A stretch of DNA of 64,000 nucleotides from the human T2T-CHM13v2.0 reference genome, Homo sapiens: assembly GCF_009914755.1 (NCBI RefSeq), contig NC_060943.1; one strand, 5' to 3'. Below, one piece after another: positions 23,976-42,602 of the stretch; position 1 is the first letter of the stretch; each line of letters starts with the position of its first letter. The translations under genes were made by a program, and so were the position numbers. A model generated the notes under the pieces. That model worked only from the letters and a program-made list of their open reading frames with translations, was not told the DNA's origin and searched no databases.

Positions 23976-24688
23976 GGCATGGATTCCACCCCCCTTTCCC
24001 TGCACCGGGGCTCTTAACTGCAAATCTACTCCTACTTCTCCCCATAAGCCTCGCTGCCTCCAGCTCCCCCCAACCCCAGCCAGGACAACTTGGGGACCCT
24101 GCCTGTTGCAGCTTCTTCTCCCCCTACCTGGGTCCCGGCCTGTCTGAGGCCCCCATCCCTGCTGTAGCCCCAGGCCGTGAGTTACTCACACGCCGACAAA
24201 ATATAATCGCTGAGGCTGAAATATAAATACGCACATCTGTATGTATGCACACACCCAGCCCTCCCTCTGCCCTCTCCGGGAGGAAGATTAATAAATAAAA
24301 CGCCCTCAATAATTCATGCACCCCGCGCGGAGGCAGCCCTCAGTGGCAGGACCGGGCGGGCGCTGCCCACCCTGAATAATTCACGGGCGGTTTTGTGAAT
24401 TACAGAGCCATCCTGCCTTCCCTCTCAGCAGACACCCCGCCCACCTGGGCGATCTCAGCCGTGACCCCCGGGCCCCTCGAGTCAGGATCCCCGCCTCCCA
24501 AGGACCTTGGGCCTTTCAGGGGGGCCCGGTTCAACTGGGGGTAGGGCGGCAGGCTCGGAGGCCCCAGGCACTGGGTGCAGAGGCCCGGCTGTGTGACGCC
24601 TGGCGGTGGCCACCCTCTCTGGGGCCAGGGCCGCCCCGGCTCCCACAACCCCTCGCTAACGGGCTCTCGGTCTCTCTCCTCCCTGCAG

Positions 24689-24774
24689 CCTACTCTCCGC
24701 CCGACACGTCCCCTGCAAACCGTTCCTTTGTGGGATTAGGACCAAGGGATCCTGCGGGCATTTATCAGGCACAG
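24689..24774 (+). CDS. NFIC: NFIC coding exon 10 (cassette, dual-frame), 86 bp
   Basis: Flanked by ccctgcag| and |gtaggg. After exon 9 it reads SYSPPDTSPANRSFVGLGPRDPAGIYQAQ; directly after exon 8 it reads PTLRPTRPLQTVPLWD* (TAG 24737-24739). Confidence 0.95.
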
Positions 24775-27700
24775 GTAGGGGCCGAGAGGCCGGCTGGTGG
24801 GGTGGGAGGGGCAGGGCAGAGGGGCCGGCCCGGGGGGCTCAGGGCGAAGAGGGCCTGCTGGGTCCCACGCCACACCCCCGGCACAGGGGCGCCAGCCTCC
24901 CACACCCCACCTGGGCCTCGAGCCCCCACCTGGCCTCTCCCTGAGGCCAAATTTCCCTCCACCTTGGTCCTGGGGGGATGGGGTGTGGCCCCAGACTCAG
25001 CCTGTGGGGTCCCCAGGAGCGTCTCTGGAGACCATCGTGGTACAGCTATGGGACCAGTGTCATTACCACCTGCTTCCCATGGTATAGATGGGAAAACTGA
25101 GGCCCAGAGAGACAAGGGGGTCTGCCCAGGGTCACACAGTGCATCACCCTCCCTCCTCCAGCCTCCATCCCCCATCCACGCCGAGGCCTAGAGGGACCAC
25201 GGGGTGGCCGGGGGAAACTGAGGCAGCCCATGGCGGGGCGTGGGGCCTCCCAGGACAGCATCCAAGCCCCCACCCCAGGCTTCAGCCCACATCTAAGCCA
25301 GTGTGAGGAGTCAGGGCGGAGAGGCTTCGTCAGCAGGACAGACAGGATGGGGCAGGGGCCAGCGTTCATGTTCACGTTGATGTTCATAGTCACGTACATG
25401 TTCAGACGGCTGCAGCTGAGTGAGCATGGCCGGGGTCCCACCACCCCTAGAAGGCAGGCAGGCAGGCAGGAGGTTGACAGAGGAGGCTCAGAGAGGGGAA
25501 GTCAATTGCCTGAGGCTGCACAGTAGTCTAGGGAGTGGGGGCGTGGGAGGGCAGCCTTAGCCCCAGGCCCAGGTGTCCCTCACCCCCCACCCCCATAAGG
25601 GGCTCTGTGTAGGCCAGGAGTGTGTGAGCGCGTCTTCGGGTTATGGGTAAGCAGCTGGACCTTTGAGCCTCTGCTCTCTCCCCGGTTTGTGTTGGGGAGA
25701 GGGTTGGAGGATGTAGGAGTGGCTGCCACAGGCCCGGGAGGTCCAGACTCAGAGAGAAACGAGCTCTGGGCTACCCAGCGGCCACGGAACTGCAGAGCGT
25801 GGAGATGTATGGGGTCCCCAGGGGCCGTGTTCAAATCTTCCAGCCACTGAGGGAGGTTTCCTGCTGCAGAGCCCACGGGCAAGGGTCACGGGGCCTCCCC
25901 GGGACCCTGCGGGGCTGTCCTGGCTGAGCGGATGGGGGCGGGGAGGGGACATGGCATTCCCCCTCCCTCCCTGTGCTGGGTGCCCAGGATGCCTGTAAGC
26001 GGCCCCTCCCTCTCTTCCCAGGCTCCGCAAAACCAGCCGGAGGAGGAAGCAGGGATGGAGGCTGCTTCTCCTGAGTTCAGAGGAGATCCATGTGCTATGG
26101 GTGGAGGGAATCCTGGGTCAGGGGCCAGGGCTCCAGCCCAGTGCTGGCTCACCCACTCTGAACCTCTGTCTCTTCCTCTGGCCTTGGGCACCCGCACCAA
26201 GAGCCTTTGAAGGGCACTGGGGGACAGAAAGGGCACTGAAAGGTTCAGGCTTCCCCACACCCCGTAAATATTAAGTACCCTGCCTTGCACCCATAGAGCC
26301 CCGGAGAGGGAGTAACTTGGTCAGGGTCCCCCAGCGAGCAGACGTCCAGGACTCCTCGCTTTGGGATTTGGGCCCCCTATGGCCAACCTCTCCCCCGCCT
26401 GGTGCTGATGGAGCCCGGCATTACCTCTGCCACCCCCACCCCACATCGCTCCCTGCCCCTGCGGGAGGCTGGGAACATCTTAAGTGGTTCAGAAACCAAA
26501 GCTAATAAAAGCTGCGGTGGGAGGAGGCCCAGCCCGCTTAACCCTTCCCCAGCCTCTGCCTTGGACCAAACTCTCTGACCAGGCCCTCCCGCCAGGGCCC
26601 GGGACCCTTCTCTCAGACTGTGCTGGCTCCAGCCCCACCCCACCCAAGCCTGGGAGGGAAGGGAAACTGAGGCAGGCAAGGGTGGCACCTTTCTCAGCAT
26701 CCCTATCTTGACTGGCTGGACTCCTCTGGGGACCCAGAAAGGGTGGGACCAGGGCTGGCAGAATGGGGTGTGGGGGGGCACTGGCAAGGGGCTCAGCATA
26801 GGCAATGGTGTGGGTCGGGGGAGGGGGAGCTGGCTGGAATGTGAGAGATCTCCGGTGGCAGGGGCCAGACAGATGATGCGGGCTTTGCTCTGGGGTAGTG
26901 GGGAGCCATAGAAGGGTTTAGAGGGAGGGAGTGGACACCCACCAGGCCTGGGAGTCAGAACTTTCTGGAGCACAGAAAGGAGGTGACACATTGTCAAGAG
27001 GCTCTCAGGGGAGCATGGGTTAGGGGGAAGGCGAGGTCCCCAAACTGGGCATCCAGGGAGCACAGGTCTGGGGAGGACCCCATTGCTGCTGCCCTGACTG
27101 GACTAAGAGCACCTGGGTTGAGGCCGGGCGCCGCCACCTCCCTGCAGACCCCGGAGAGAGGGAGGGAAGAAGCAGTGAGACCCCGCTCTCCCCTCTCCCA
27201 GCTCCCGCTCAAAGGGCCCTGAGCTTGGAGGCCTCTCATTTCCGATTCTGGCCAGTCAGCACTTCTGCCTCCGCCTCCTCTATTCCTGGCGGATTCGCTT
27301 CCCTCTGCCCCCTCCTCCCCCAAAGCCTGGGTGGGCGCGCCTTTCCCTCTGCCTCTCTGGCTCCCGACACCCCCCAGTCCATGGACTCTCCCCCCATCAA
27401 TATCCCTCCCCGTGATCTATGCTAATTGATCTCGCCCTGGTCAGTTACCCACCCATCGCCCCATGTCCGTCCCTATCAATCCCCCCACTGTGAGGCTGGG
27501 TGGCTCTGACGCCCTGGCCCCTCCCCTCTGTGATGTCCTTCACGCCCCTACATTTCTCCTGCACGGGAACCCACGTAAGCAGCTGGGTAAACCGAGGGTG
27601 GGGGGCAAGGCGGGCATTGAGCCACATGCCGGGAGCCACACAGGCGGCTGCAGCCAGGCCAGCAGGATACCAGAGCCCAAACCTCCCCCTTCACACCTAC

Positions 27701-28518
27701 TGCCTCAGTCTCCCCTCAGCTGAGTGGGAGGATGTGGAGTTGAGGGTGCCCCCACCCCACCCCCGCCCCATTGCTGGGGCCACAGCCAGGCAGGAAGGGG
27801 AGGGGAGGGAAGGGAGGAGGGAGGAAGGGCTGAGGGGAGGCTGGTCCACCACGGGGAGGGTCACGCCCAGAGTCTGTCGGTTGCCAACAGAAACCAGACA
27901 TGAGGTAATGGCCAAGATGAACTTGAACTTGGCTGGAGGTGGGGCGCTGGGAACCACTGTGGCGCCAGTTCCATGGGCTGGCCCAGTGGCTGCCTGGTTG
28001 GAGGGGCTCTGTTGAATGATTTGCTGCAGCGGTGGGGGGCGGCCCCACCTCTAACCTCAGTTGGGGAGTGGAGGGGTCTCCCCAGTTCCAGAGGCACAGC
28101 CCTCCCCTCACAGTCCACCCTGGATGCTCCATCTGGGGTTGGAGTTTGCGTTTCCAGGGCAGGGGTCTGGACAGCAGCTTCTCTGCAGAGACTGAGGCCG
28201 GAGCTGTCCCCAAATGACGTGACCTTGGGTACAGCCCCATGCAGAACTCCCCTCCCTTAGCCTCGGTCTCCCGCCTCTGGGAGGTTGAGAGTCATCCTCA
28301 GCCCCCCTGTGCTTAGTGAGCTTCTGTGGAGCAAGAGGGGGCCATCCGGGGGACCTGTGACAGGATGGGCCCTGGACGCCCAGGACAGTGCTCAGAAGAT
28401 GCCAAGGGGATTCCTGAGAGGCAGGCGAGGGGGTTGGCCCTGGGCAGGAGCAGAAATGAGAGCCAGAGCCAGACAGGCCTGAGTTCAAGTTCCACCTCTG
28501 CCGCTTCCATGCTGGTGA

Positions 28519-30886
<2,368 letters not shown>

Positions 30887-30890
30887 TCAG

Positions 30891-30908
30891 TCCTGGTATC
30901 TGGGATAG
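30891..30908 (+). CDS. NFIC: NFIC terminal coding exon 11: SWYLG*
   Basis: Long pyrimidine tract, then cactcag|TCC TGG TAT CTG GGA TAG. QSWYLG is the characteristic NFI C-terminus. Confidence 0.95.
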   Translation, partial: SWYLG

Positions 30909-33283
30909 CAAAGGTCTTCTTCCCTCGCCCCTTCTCCATCGTCCCAGGAATCCCAGGGGGCAGCACAGCCGGCCCCCGGCCCACGTTTTCGGTGGAAAAT
31001 TAGAGTGAACAAGAACACCCCTGCCGACTCCCAGCCCGGCCAAAAAGACAAAACACATAGACGCACACACTCAGGAGGAAAAGAAAAAACAAAGGCAGAA
31101 GAAGAAGAAGAAGAAATAAAAACCCACCCAAGCAAGAAGACAAAAGGTAAAGACGCAACGTTTCCAACTCTCGGGACGCCAAGGCCGCAGGACTGGAGGG
31201 CCAGGCCCCGCCACCCCCACGGGAGACCCGGGACAGGGCGTCTTCCTAAGTTATTCATCTCCTCTCCGCCTGCTGCTCGGGAAGGACAGACGCCGGCCGC
31301 CCGCCCGCGCCCCGGAGGCCCTGGCTCTGTCCGGAGACCAGGTGAGCACAGCCTGGAGCCTGTGCCCAGGGCCGACAGGCGCGACACCCAGCAAGGCCAC
31401 CTCTCCCCGGGCCCCCGCGCCTCTGCCGGACACGGACCGGCCCCTCAGCCCCCACCGAGGACGCAGCCACTGGGGGGAAAGGGAGACACAGCGGACCCCG
31501 GCCGGGCAGCGGAGACCGCAGAGGCGGGCAGGGTGGGGCAGGCGAGTGGTGTCGCGGGGGTGCGTGGCGCTTGCGAGCCCTGGCCAGGGGAGGAAGTGAG
31601 GCCCAGGCACCTGCTGCCCCTCGAGGGGGCCCTGCCTGCCGCGGGGCCTCCCCACAAGCCCCTCCCAAAGCGCCGGCCGACTCGCTGTCTCGCTGGGGAC
31701 TCTTTCAGCCCTCGCGCCCGCCCGTTTGGGAGGAGAAGTCTCTATGCAATTGGCCCCGGCCCCTCCACCCCCCACCCCCGGCATAGGAGGCCCCCCCACC
31801 TCGCCCGGCTCACACCCCCAAAGGGAGGGACCCACATTGCACACACTGTAAGAAATGCACTTTCCGAGGAAGGGGATGGGGGAGCCCGGACACCCAGAGC
31901 TCCCCGAGTTGGGGGTGCCCGTCTGGAGCGCCCCCGTCAGCCCCTGGCGGTGGGAGGTGAGAGCGAGTGGTTTAAGTGCCTGATTACCACCACCCGCCCC
32001 CCCCTTTGTCCAGCTGGGACACGGAATGGCCGCGGGCCTCCTCCCCCTCCCCTCCAGCCTCTCCACCAGCCCCTCCAGTCAACCCTCATCGCCGTGCCCC
32101 CCCAGAGCTAGAGAGATGGGGCCCCTGCGTGGCCCGAGGGGCAGAGCTGGGCGTCACTTCGCAAGCGTCCTGCCCTGCCGGGGCGCGGGGGTGGGCTCTG
32201 GGGAAGCCGGTGCGCCCCCCACGCCTCCGCTGCCAGTGCCTTACATTCTGGAGCGACCCCCCTCCCTGGTGCCTCCCAGCGAAGGGGGACCGCCGTTTGC
32301 ACTTTCATCGCCTACCCCGACGCGGGGCCCAGCTGCGGGACGTGCATCACGGCTGGGCCCCCAGAGGAGAGAGGAGGCCGACGCCAGCGGTCCCCGCTCG
32401 GAACGGGGAGGGTTTTCGGGGGGTTCGGCGTCGCACCTTGGGGCCCCCCGCAGCCGTGTAGGGGGCCTCCCATCTGCTAAGCGTTTTTCCGTTGAGCCGC
32501 TCCAAAAACACTAAGCTGGGGACGCCAGGTGCCCCCCCACCCCGGCTCCCTGGCCCTATCCACACCTCCACCCCCACCCCAGGATCGCCATCTTTAGGGG
32601 AGGCCTGGGAGGGGGTGTTAGGTGTTTTAGGGCCACCGAGCTCAAACACAAGGACCCCTCCCCGGCCCACCCAGCCCAGCCCCAACTGACCTCCATGCCT
32701 AGGGAAAAACTCCCCCCACCACTGCCCCCTCCCCCGACCCAGGCCAAAGCCAGGGCAGGTCTCCGGGTCTCACCTGCTCCTAGCCTCACCCCCCTGCCCC
32801 CGAAAACCAGACTCTCCTCCCAAACTAGCCTCAGGAGCTTGGCGAACCCGCTTGCTCCTAAAGAGAAAGACCCAGGACCCTCCCCCATCACCCCCAAGAG
32901 AGGTTCGCCATCCTCTGGCCTCGAGCCCTTGGTCCCTCCGTCCGTCTGTCCTCGGGGCCCGCTCCCCCGGTGGCCCTTGGGGATCAAAGCGTGGGCCGCT
33001 CTCCGGGAGGGCGGGCGGGGGAGGGGGTGGTCGGGTTGTGCCATTGGGGTGTCCGGAAGCTTCTCAGCCAGGGTGGGGGTCGTGGAGTGGGGGAGGGAGG
33101 CCAGCCGGGCTCCAGAGGGGTCAGGGCGCGACGAGAACCAACTCTTTACCTAACTTTGCATGGTGCTTAGTCAAGGACTCCTGCGACCTGGCTCCCGAGG
33201 TCAGCTGGCGGCGCTGACACACATGCATGGCAGACTATCCCTGGCTCTATCTCCCTGTTCCTCGCCCCCTCCACCCCCCACTT

Positions 33284-33314
<31 letters not shown>

Positions 33315-33492
33315 GATACAAGAAAAACCTTTAAAAAAATTCCATGTTTCCTAATTTGCACGAAATTTTCTACCACAAGATGTGCCTTGCCTTCCGAGAA
33401 TAAGTATTACCTTTAAACAATATCAGCGCACACACATAGCTGCATGTTCTGCTCGTGTAGTTTAAAAAAAAAAAGACAAAACAGTGACATGA

Positions 33493-33550
33493 AATAAAAA
33501 ATAAAAATTGAAAAGGGATGTATTTCTATTTGTAAAAAAAATAAAATAAA
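33493..33550 (+). terminator. NFIC: Candidate proximal NFIC poly(A) signals (clustered AATAAA)
   Basis: Several AATAAA hexamers in an A-rich block. Nearby genomic A-runs make internal priming artefacts likely. Confidence 0.4.
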
Positions 33551-35895
33551 AAATAAGAAAGTGAGAATCTAAAAAAAAAAAAAAAAAAAAAAAAGGAAGA
33601 AAAACCACGCTAAAAATCAAGCCACTGAAAACAATTGCCCCCAGGTCTACCCAGCCCCTGGCTGTCCTTGGTCCTGTCTCCCCTCCTGCTGTATTCAGGG
33701 GTGCCCCCTGGTGCTCAGCCTCTACCACCCCCAACCCTGCTCTTGGGTACCCAGAGGGGTCATTTCTGAATCCCTTGCCCAGAGGACAGACCTCCGGGGC
33801 CCATCTTGGCCCTGGGAAAGGGCTCTCCTCTCTGATTGGTCCCTAGGCCACGGGCCGGCCCCCAGACACCATTCACCGACCCACTGCAGGCTGTCCTCCA
33901 ACCATGGGGTGGCCACTCCACCCGCAGCCAGACTCCCCGCTCCCCACTTTTCATGCAGGCTGGCATACCCCTGGCTCAGGGTCAAATGCTGTTCCACACC
34001 CACCTCAGAGGCACCCCCTCTCCCCTGCCCCGTGCATCCCCACCCTTCTTGCCAAAGGACCTCTTTTCCCCTATCCAGAGACCACCCCAGGTGGCATTCT
34101 CTCCCACCTTCTCCTTTGTCCCCCATCCCCTGTCTCTGTCTTCCAGCTGTGAATATGAAGGGTATCCTGTATGAAACAAAAACAAAACCTGATATATGCA
34201 ATATCTGTCTGTCTGTCTGTACCCATGGGCCTGGCTCAGCCATTGGAGGCCCAGCCGAGGGTCCGGCAGGGCACAGGGACAGCCAGGTGGCACCGAGTCA
34301 CAGGCTGTGGTCCGGTGGCTGAGCATGCTGTTGTCTTGTCCTTGATTTTATTTTCTTTTGTTCTTTTTTTTTTTTCTTTTCTTTTTGTTTTTAACTCCAG
34401 CTTCCTTTGCTTTTTACTTGACCAAAGCTAAGACAATAGCCAGATGGTTAGTGGGGCAGCCAGGCAGGGAGGACCCAGGGCTGGGATTCTCCAACCTTAG
34501 GCCATTCCTGCAGCCCTCACCACCTCCAGCCCCTCCAAGCATCTCGTGTAGGGACCCACGCAGATGGTCCCATTCATTCACTATTGCCCCCAACCCCGGG
34601 ATTTTGGGTGGTCTCCACAGCCACCATCATACACTCATCCCGTGTTTTCTTCCAAAAAGTCACCTCAGCAGCCTCCCCAGGCGATACAGAGGGAGAGCCC
34701 AGACCACCACAGCTGGCCACGACATTGCCCTTAAGTAATATGCATTGGCCAGAGAGCCCGGGCTGGCTGTGCACAGCATTCATGTAGCTGATTTCTAGCT
34801 TTTTTTTTTTTTCTGCCCCACTCCTGAGCAAATCTGTCTTGCCAAGGAACTAGGAGCAACCGGAGGCAAAGGGAGTGGGTGGCCCCATCACTATTGGGAC
34901 CATCGCGTCCCTGCACAGCCCACACCCGGGGGCCCAGAGTCCTGGGCTGGACGCCACCCTTCTCACCCCGAGCTTGCCTCCTTGGCTCACTTGGCACCTT
35001 GGCTGAGTACAGCAGGCAAAAGCCCATACCAGGCAGCATGTTGTGGATGGTTTAGTTCTCCCCGCCTCCCTGTTTCTTGGAAAAGCTACAGGGTCCCTGT
35101 AGGGCAAAATTCCCAGGCGCCTTGCTGCAGACAGAGTAAGACAAAAACACCAGGAAGCAGGATTCCGTGCCCATCTCTGCAGTTTGGGTTCACAAAAGGG
35201 GGTGCCGTCATCCCTGGGTGGAGGAGGGAGTGTTGGTTTTTTGTTTTTGTTTTTTTAACATGTATGAAACTGACATCTTCTCAAATCTTGTTCCACCCCC
35301 CTCTGGAAGCCCCCATCACCCACCCCTGCTATGGACACCACACCTATGCCAGGCCCCCCCCCCCACCCCAGTCTCATTCTGGGGTCTGCCCATGCTGTGG
35401 GAAAGAATAGGGAGGCCTCCCAAATATATGCAAATTGTCCCCATTCCGTGGGGGCACCTGACAATGACCCGGGTGGAGATGGGGCATGGAGGAGTAGGAA
35501 GACCCAGCCCTATTTGACTGGGGAGAGGAGGATCTGGAGTCCTTCATGCCCAGGTCTGGAACCCAGGTTCTGACCCCAGGGCCCCACCCTGGGCTGGACA
35601 ATCAGATCCCAAAGGAATGCCAAAGGGGACTCGGTTGGGAGAGCCGCTTAGGGGCCAGACCTGGGTCCCCCTGCAGGTCCCCAGGCAGCAGACAATTCCA
35701 CCTTCCCTGCCCCAGGACCTTGAGAGACAGCAGCATTCCAGGCACAGACAGACTTGGCTGCACCCCACTGTCCCTTGCAAGACAGGTTCTGGAGCCAGGA
35801 GCAACTGTCCAGCCCTCCAGAAGAGACAGCAAGCAGCCCCCCTACCCACTCTGGCCTCCCCAATGGTACTTTGACCTCCAGTGTAGGGCTATACT

Positions 35896-35899
<4 letters not shown>

Positions 35900-35950
<51 letters not shown>
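35900..35950. repeat. Perfect (TA)25 microsatellite in the NFIC 3'UTR
   Basis: Read directly from the sequence. Confidence 0.97.
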
Positions 35951-35955
<5 letters not shown>

Positions 35956-37304
35956 GGAATTTGTTTCTCATAATACAGAATATATAGTGGCTACCTTGTA
36001 TCTTGGTCTGGATTCTCTCTCTGAGACCCCGGATTTTACTTTCTCTTTGGAGGGCGCTGGGACATACATCTCTCAATCCAGCTTCCTCCGCATCCTCCCA
36101 TCTTGCCCCATTTCTGCCACGTCAGACACTTCCTGAGAGTCTCACCTTCAAAATGACACCGCTGCCCATCCATTGCTCAATGGTACAGAGTGTGGGGTCA
36201 GTCCACCACCCTTGACCTCCCGGCAGGGCAAGGTGAGGAGGCGGACCCAAAGCAGTACCAGCAGGACTTGTTGCCAGTGATACCAAAACAGACTTTTCCC
36301 AAGCAGTGCCTCACATGTCTGCTGGTGTGGCTTTGGGATTCTCCTGCCCCACCCCCCCGTCCATGGCAGCCCCCTCCCCAAGGCTTTGCTCACACCTGAG
36401 ACAGGAAGGAGGAAGGGGATCCAATAGGAATATGGGCCCCGGAGGGGAAGTCATGCACCCCCAAGCCACCACCCCCCAGCCTTCCACGCACATCTCCTGG
36501 CTGGAAGAGAGCCCTCCAAAAAGGGGACACAGGCTGCCCCGGCCCCTCAACTGCATCCACACCCCATCCTCTCATCTTGGGTCCCAGCCAGGCCCCCCCA
36601 AAACCAAAGCCCCCTCAAGTCCTGGGGTCCCAGCCTGTGCCCCCAGCTTCCTGCCCACCCAGCCCCGAGCATTCTCACACAGAGAAAGAACAAGCAAGGG
36701 CTCCAGGGGGACAGGATGGGGCAGGGCATACAGTGGGGGGTGGGGGGGCAGCTGGGAGGAGGGAGGGACAAAACAAAACATTTTCCTTTGGGTTTTTTTT
36801 TTCTTTCTTTTTTCTCCCCTTTACTCTTTGGGTGGTGTTGCTTTTCCTTTCCTTTTCCCTTTGAGATTTTTTTGTTGTTGTTTCCTTTTTGTATTTTACT
36901 GATATCACCAGGATAGTTTACTCTCCTTCTAGCTTTCTGCTTACCGCACACTGGATAACACACACATACACACCCACAAAAATGCTCATGAACCCAATCC
37001 GGAGAAGGTTCCAGCAGGTCCCCCACCCTCCCCTCCTCCTCCTACTTCTCCTCTTGACAGCGAGGACAGGAGGGGGACAAGGGGACACCTGGGCAGACCC
37101 GCCGGCTCTCCCCCCACCCCACCCCGCCCCTCACATCATACTCCAATCATAACCTTGTATATTACGCAGTCATTTTGGTTTTCGCGGACGCGCCTACCTA
37201 AGTACCATTTACAGAAAGTGACTCTGGCTGTCATTATTTTGTTTATTTGTTCCCTATGCAAAAAAAAAATGAAAATGAAAAAAGGGGGATTCCATAAAAG
37301 ATTC

Positions 37305-37353
37305 AATAAAAGACAAAAAAAAAGAAAAAAGAAAAAAATGTATAAAAATTAAA
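37305..37353 (+). terminator. NFIC: Distal NFIC polyadenylation signals (AATAAA 37305-37310, ATTAAA 37348-37353)
   Basis: Canonical hexamers followed by the pyrimidine/GT-rich downstream element ctctttctggctgtcc. Confidence 0.75.
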
Positions 37354-37509
37354 CAAGCTATGCTTCGACTCTTTCTGGCTGTCCCGGGTCCTCTTTTCCA
37401 TGTCCCATGTGGGTTGCTCTGTGTCCTTTGGAAAAGTGAGGGGCAGAGGCTGCAGGGAGCTGGGGGGAACCCCCAAGCCCCGTGGATGGGCAGGCTGGGA
37501 TTCTGAAAG

Positions 37510-38120
37510 CTTCAGATCAAGTGTCCCCTGGGGGCATTAGACAATATCTGGGGACATTTGTGGTTGCCACGACTGGGGGATGCTCCTGGCGTGGAGTGGG
37601 TGGAAGCCAGAGACACTGCTCAGCATTCTGCAGTGCCCAGAACCAAGATTCATCCACACAAGACATCCACAGTGCCTGGCACAGAGAGACCTGCTTTGAT
37701 TGTTTGGAGGGGAAAAAAATCAGATTTGCTCCCTGCTCACAGTAGACACCAGGGTAAGCTCCCGATGGGGTGGATGACAGAAACCAGGGAGACCTGCAGC
37801 TCCTAGGATTCTCCTCCTCGCCCCCTCCCCACTCAGGGTGGGATTCCAATGTGTGCAGCCTCCTAGGACCTCAGCAGGGTGGAGGATCATGGGACGCAGT
37901 CTACTGGGGGGTCCATGAAATCCCCTAACCCAGGGAGTCTCACCCAAGGGCGATCCTGCCCCCCAGAGGACACTGGGTGATGTCTCAGACATCCGCGGTT
38001 GTCACGACTGGGAAGTGCTCCTGGCATGGAGTGGGTAGAGGCCAGGGACGCCGCTCAGCACCCTGCAGTGCCCAGGACGGCCCCACCCCAGAGACTGATC
38101 CACAGTGCCTGGGGGTGGGG
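37510..38120 (+). mobile_element. MER20 - spacer - MER20 cassette, copy 3
   Basis: Same architecture and homologous spacer; lies just past the NFIC poly(A) site. Confidence 0.8.
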
Positions 38121-38657
38121 GAGACCCACTTTAGATGGTGGCTTTGAATGAGCTTCTGAGGCCAGACCTGTCCCAGCAACGCTCCTGGAGGCTGTAACCT
38201 CTTCCCCTTTGTAGGATGGGCTGTTTCACACCCCTTAGCCTTTGCTCATTCCTGCCTCCCCATCTGTGCAGACCTTTCACACTGGTGTCCTCTTCCACCA
38301 GGAAGTCTTCCCACCTTTCTCCAGCCTGGTTCCCTCCCCCAGCAGTCTCAGAGCTATCGGTGAATTCCATGAGGCATCTACGGAGCACCCACTCTGTGCC
38401 AGGCACAGGGGATTCCATCCCCTCCCTTGTGCCTTGGAGGAATCCAAGCCTGGCACACAGTCGGTGCTCAATAAATGCACAAAATAGCTTCTCTTGCTAC
38501 CTGGCAAACTCCCAGTCATTGAGCAAAGACTTCCTGAGCATCTCCTGAGTACCAAGCCCCAGGACCCAGCAGTGAACAAAACACTCAAATTCAGATCCCG
38601 TCTTGGAGCCTACAGCTTCCTCCAGGTCAGGAAGAACAGTGAACAACAAGTAGAAGT

Positions 38658-42150
<3,493 letters not shown>

Positions 42151-42440
42151 AGAGAAATGGTCATTGTTCAGGGTAAGGTCCAGGGCCTGGAGAAGGTGAG
42201 GGGAAGCAGGAGAACAGAAACTGGGAAAAGGAAGTGCTAGTCCCTTTCCAAGATATTGCAGGGCCCTGGGGCACCCCCACCCTCCAAGATACAGCTCCCA
42301 GGAAAAAAGTCACGTGCCCCAAAACAAAGTGAGGTGGGGGAAGGAGCAAAGATTTGCTTGGAGACGGCGCTCAGGGCTCAAAGTCCAGGGCTCAAAGTCC
42401 AGGGCTCAGGACAGCAAAAAACCAGATTGCCGGGGGAGTG

Positions 42441-42602
42441 TTTAATCTGCTCAGGGCGTCTGGGCACCTGTGCACCCTGAGCCTCCATATCATCCGCCCA
42501 GCCATCGCCCGCAGCCCCAAAAGCAGCCTCCTTCCCCAGAGGTAAACTGAGTCCCAAGAGATGACAGGAGCCCTTCCAAAGGGCTGTTACGAATGCTTTA
42601 AT
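42441..42602 (-). terminator. SMIM24: SMIM24 poly(A) signals (ATTAAA at 42602-42597 and 42446-42441)
   Basis: tttaat on the + strand, ~0.4 and ~0.57 kb past the stop codon. Confidence 0.6.

Larger units (their letters stand above)
30909..37370 (+). other. NFIC: NFIC long 3'UTR (~6.4 kb; end approximate)
   Basis: Alu-free stretch after the stop in an otherwise Alu-saturated region. Contains AU-rich blocks and ends at AATAAA/ATTAAA followed by a U/GU-rich tract. Confidence 0.8.

Noticed and set aside
31251-32066. 271-aa antisense ORF in the NFIC 3'UTR
   Set aside because: GC-rich low-complexity translation with no recognisable domain or exon structure.
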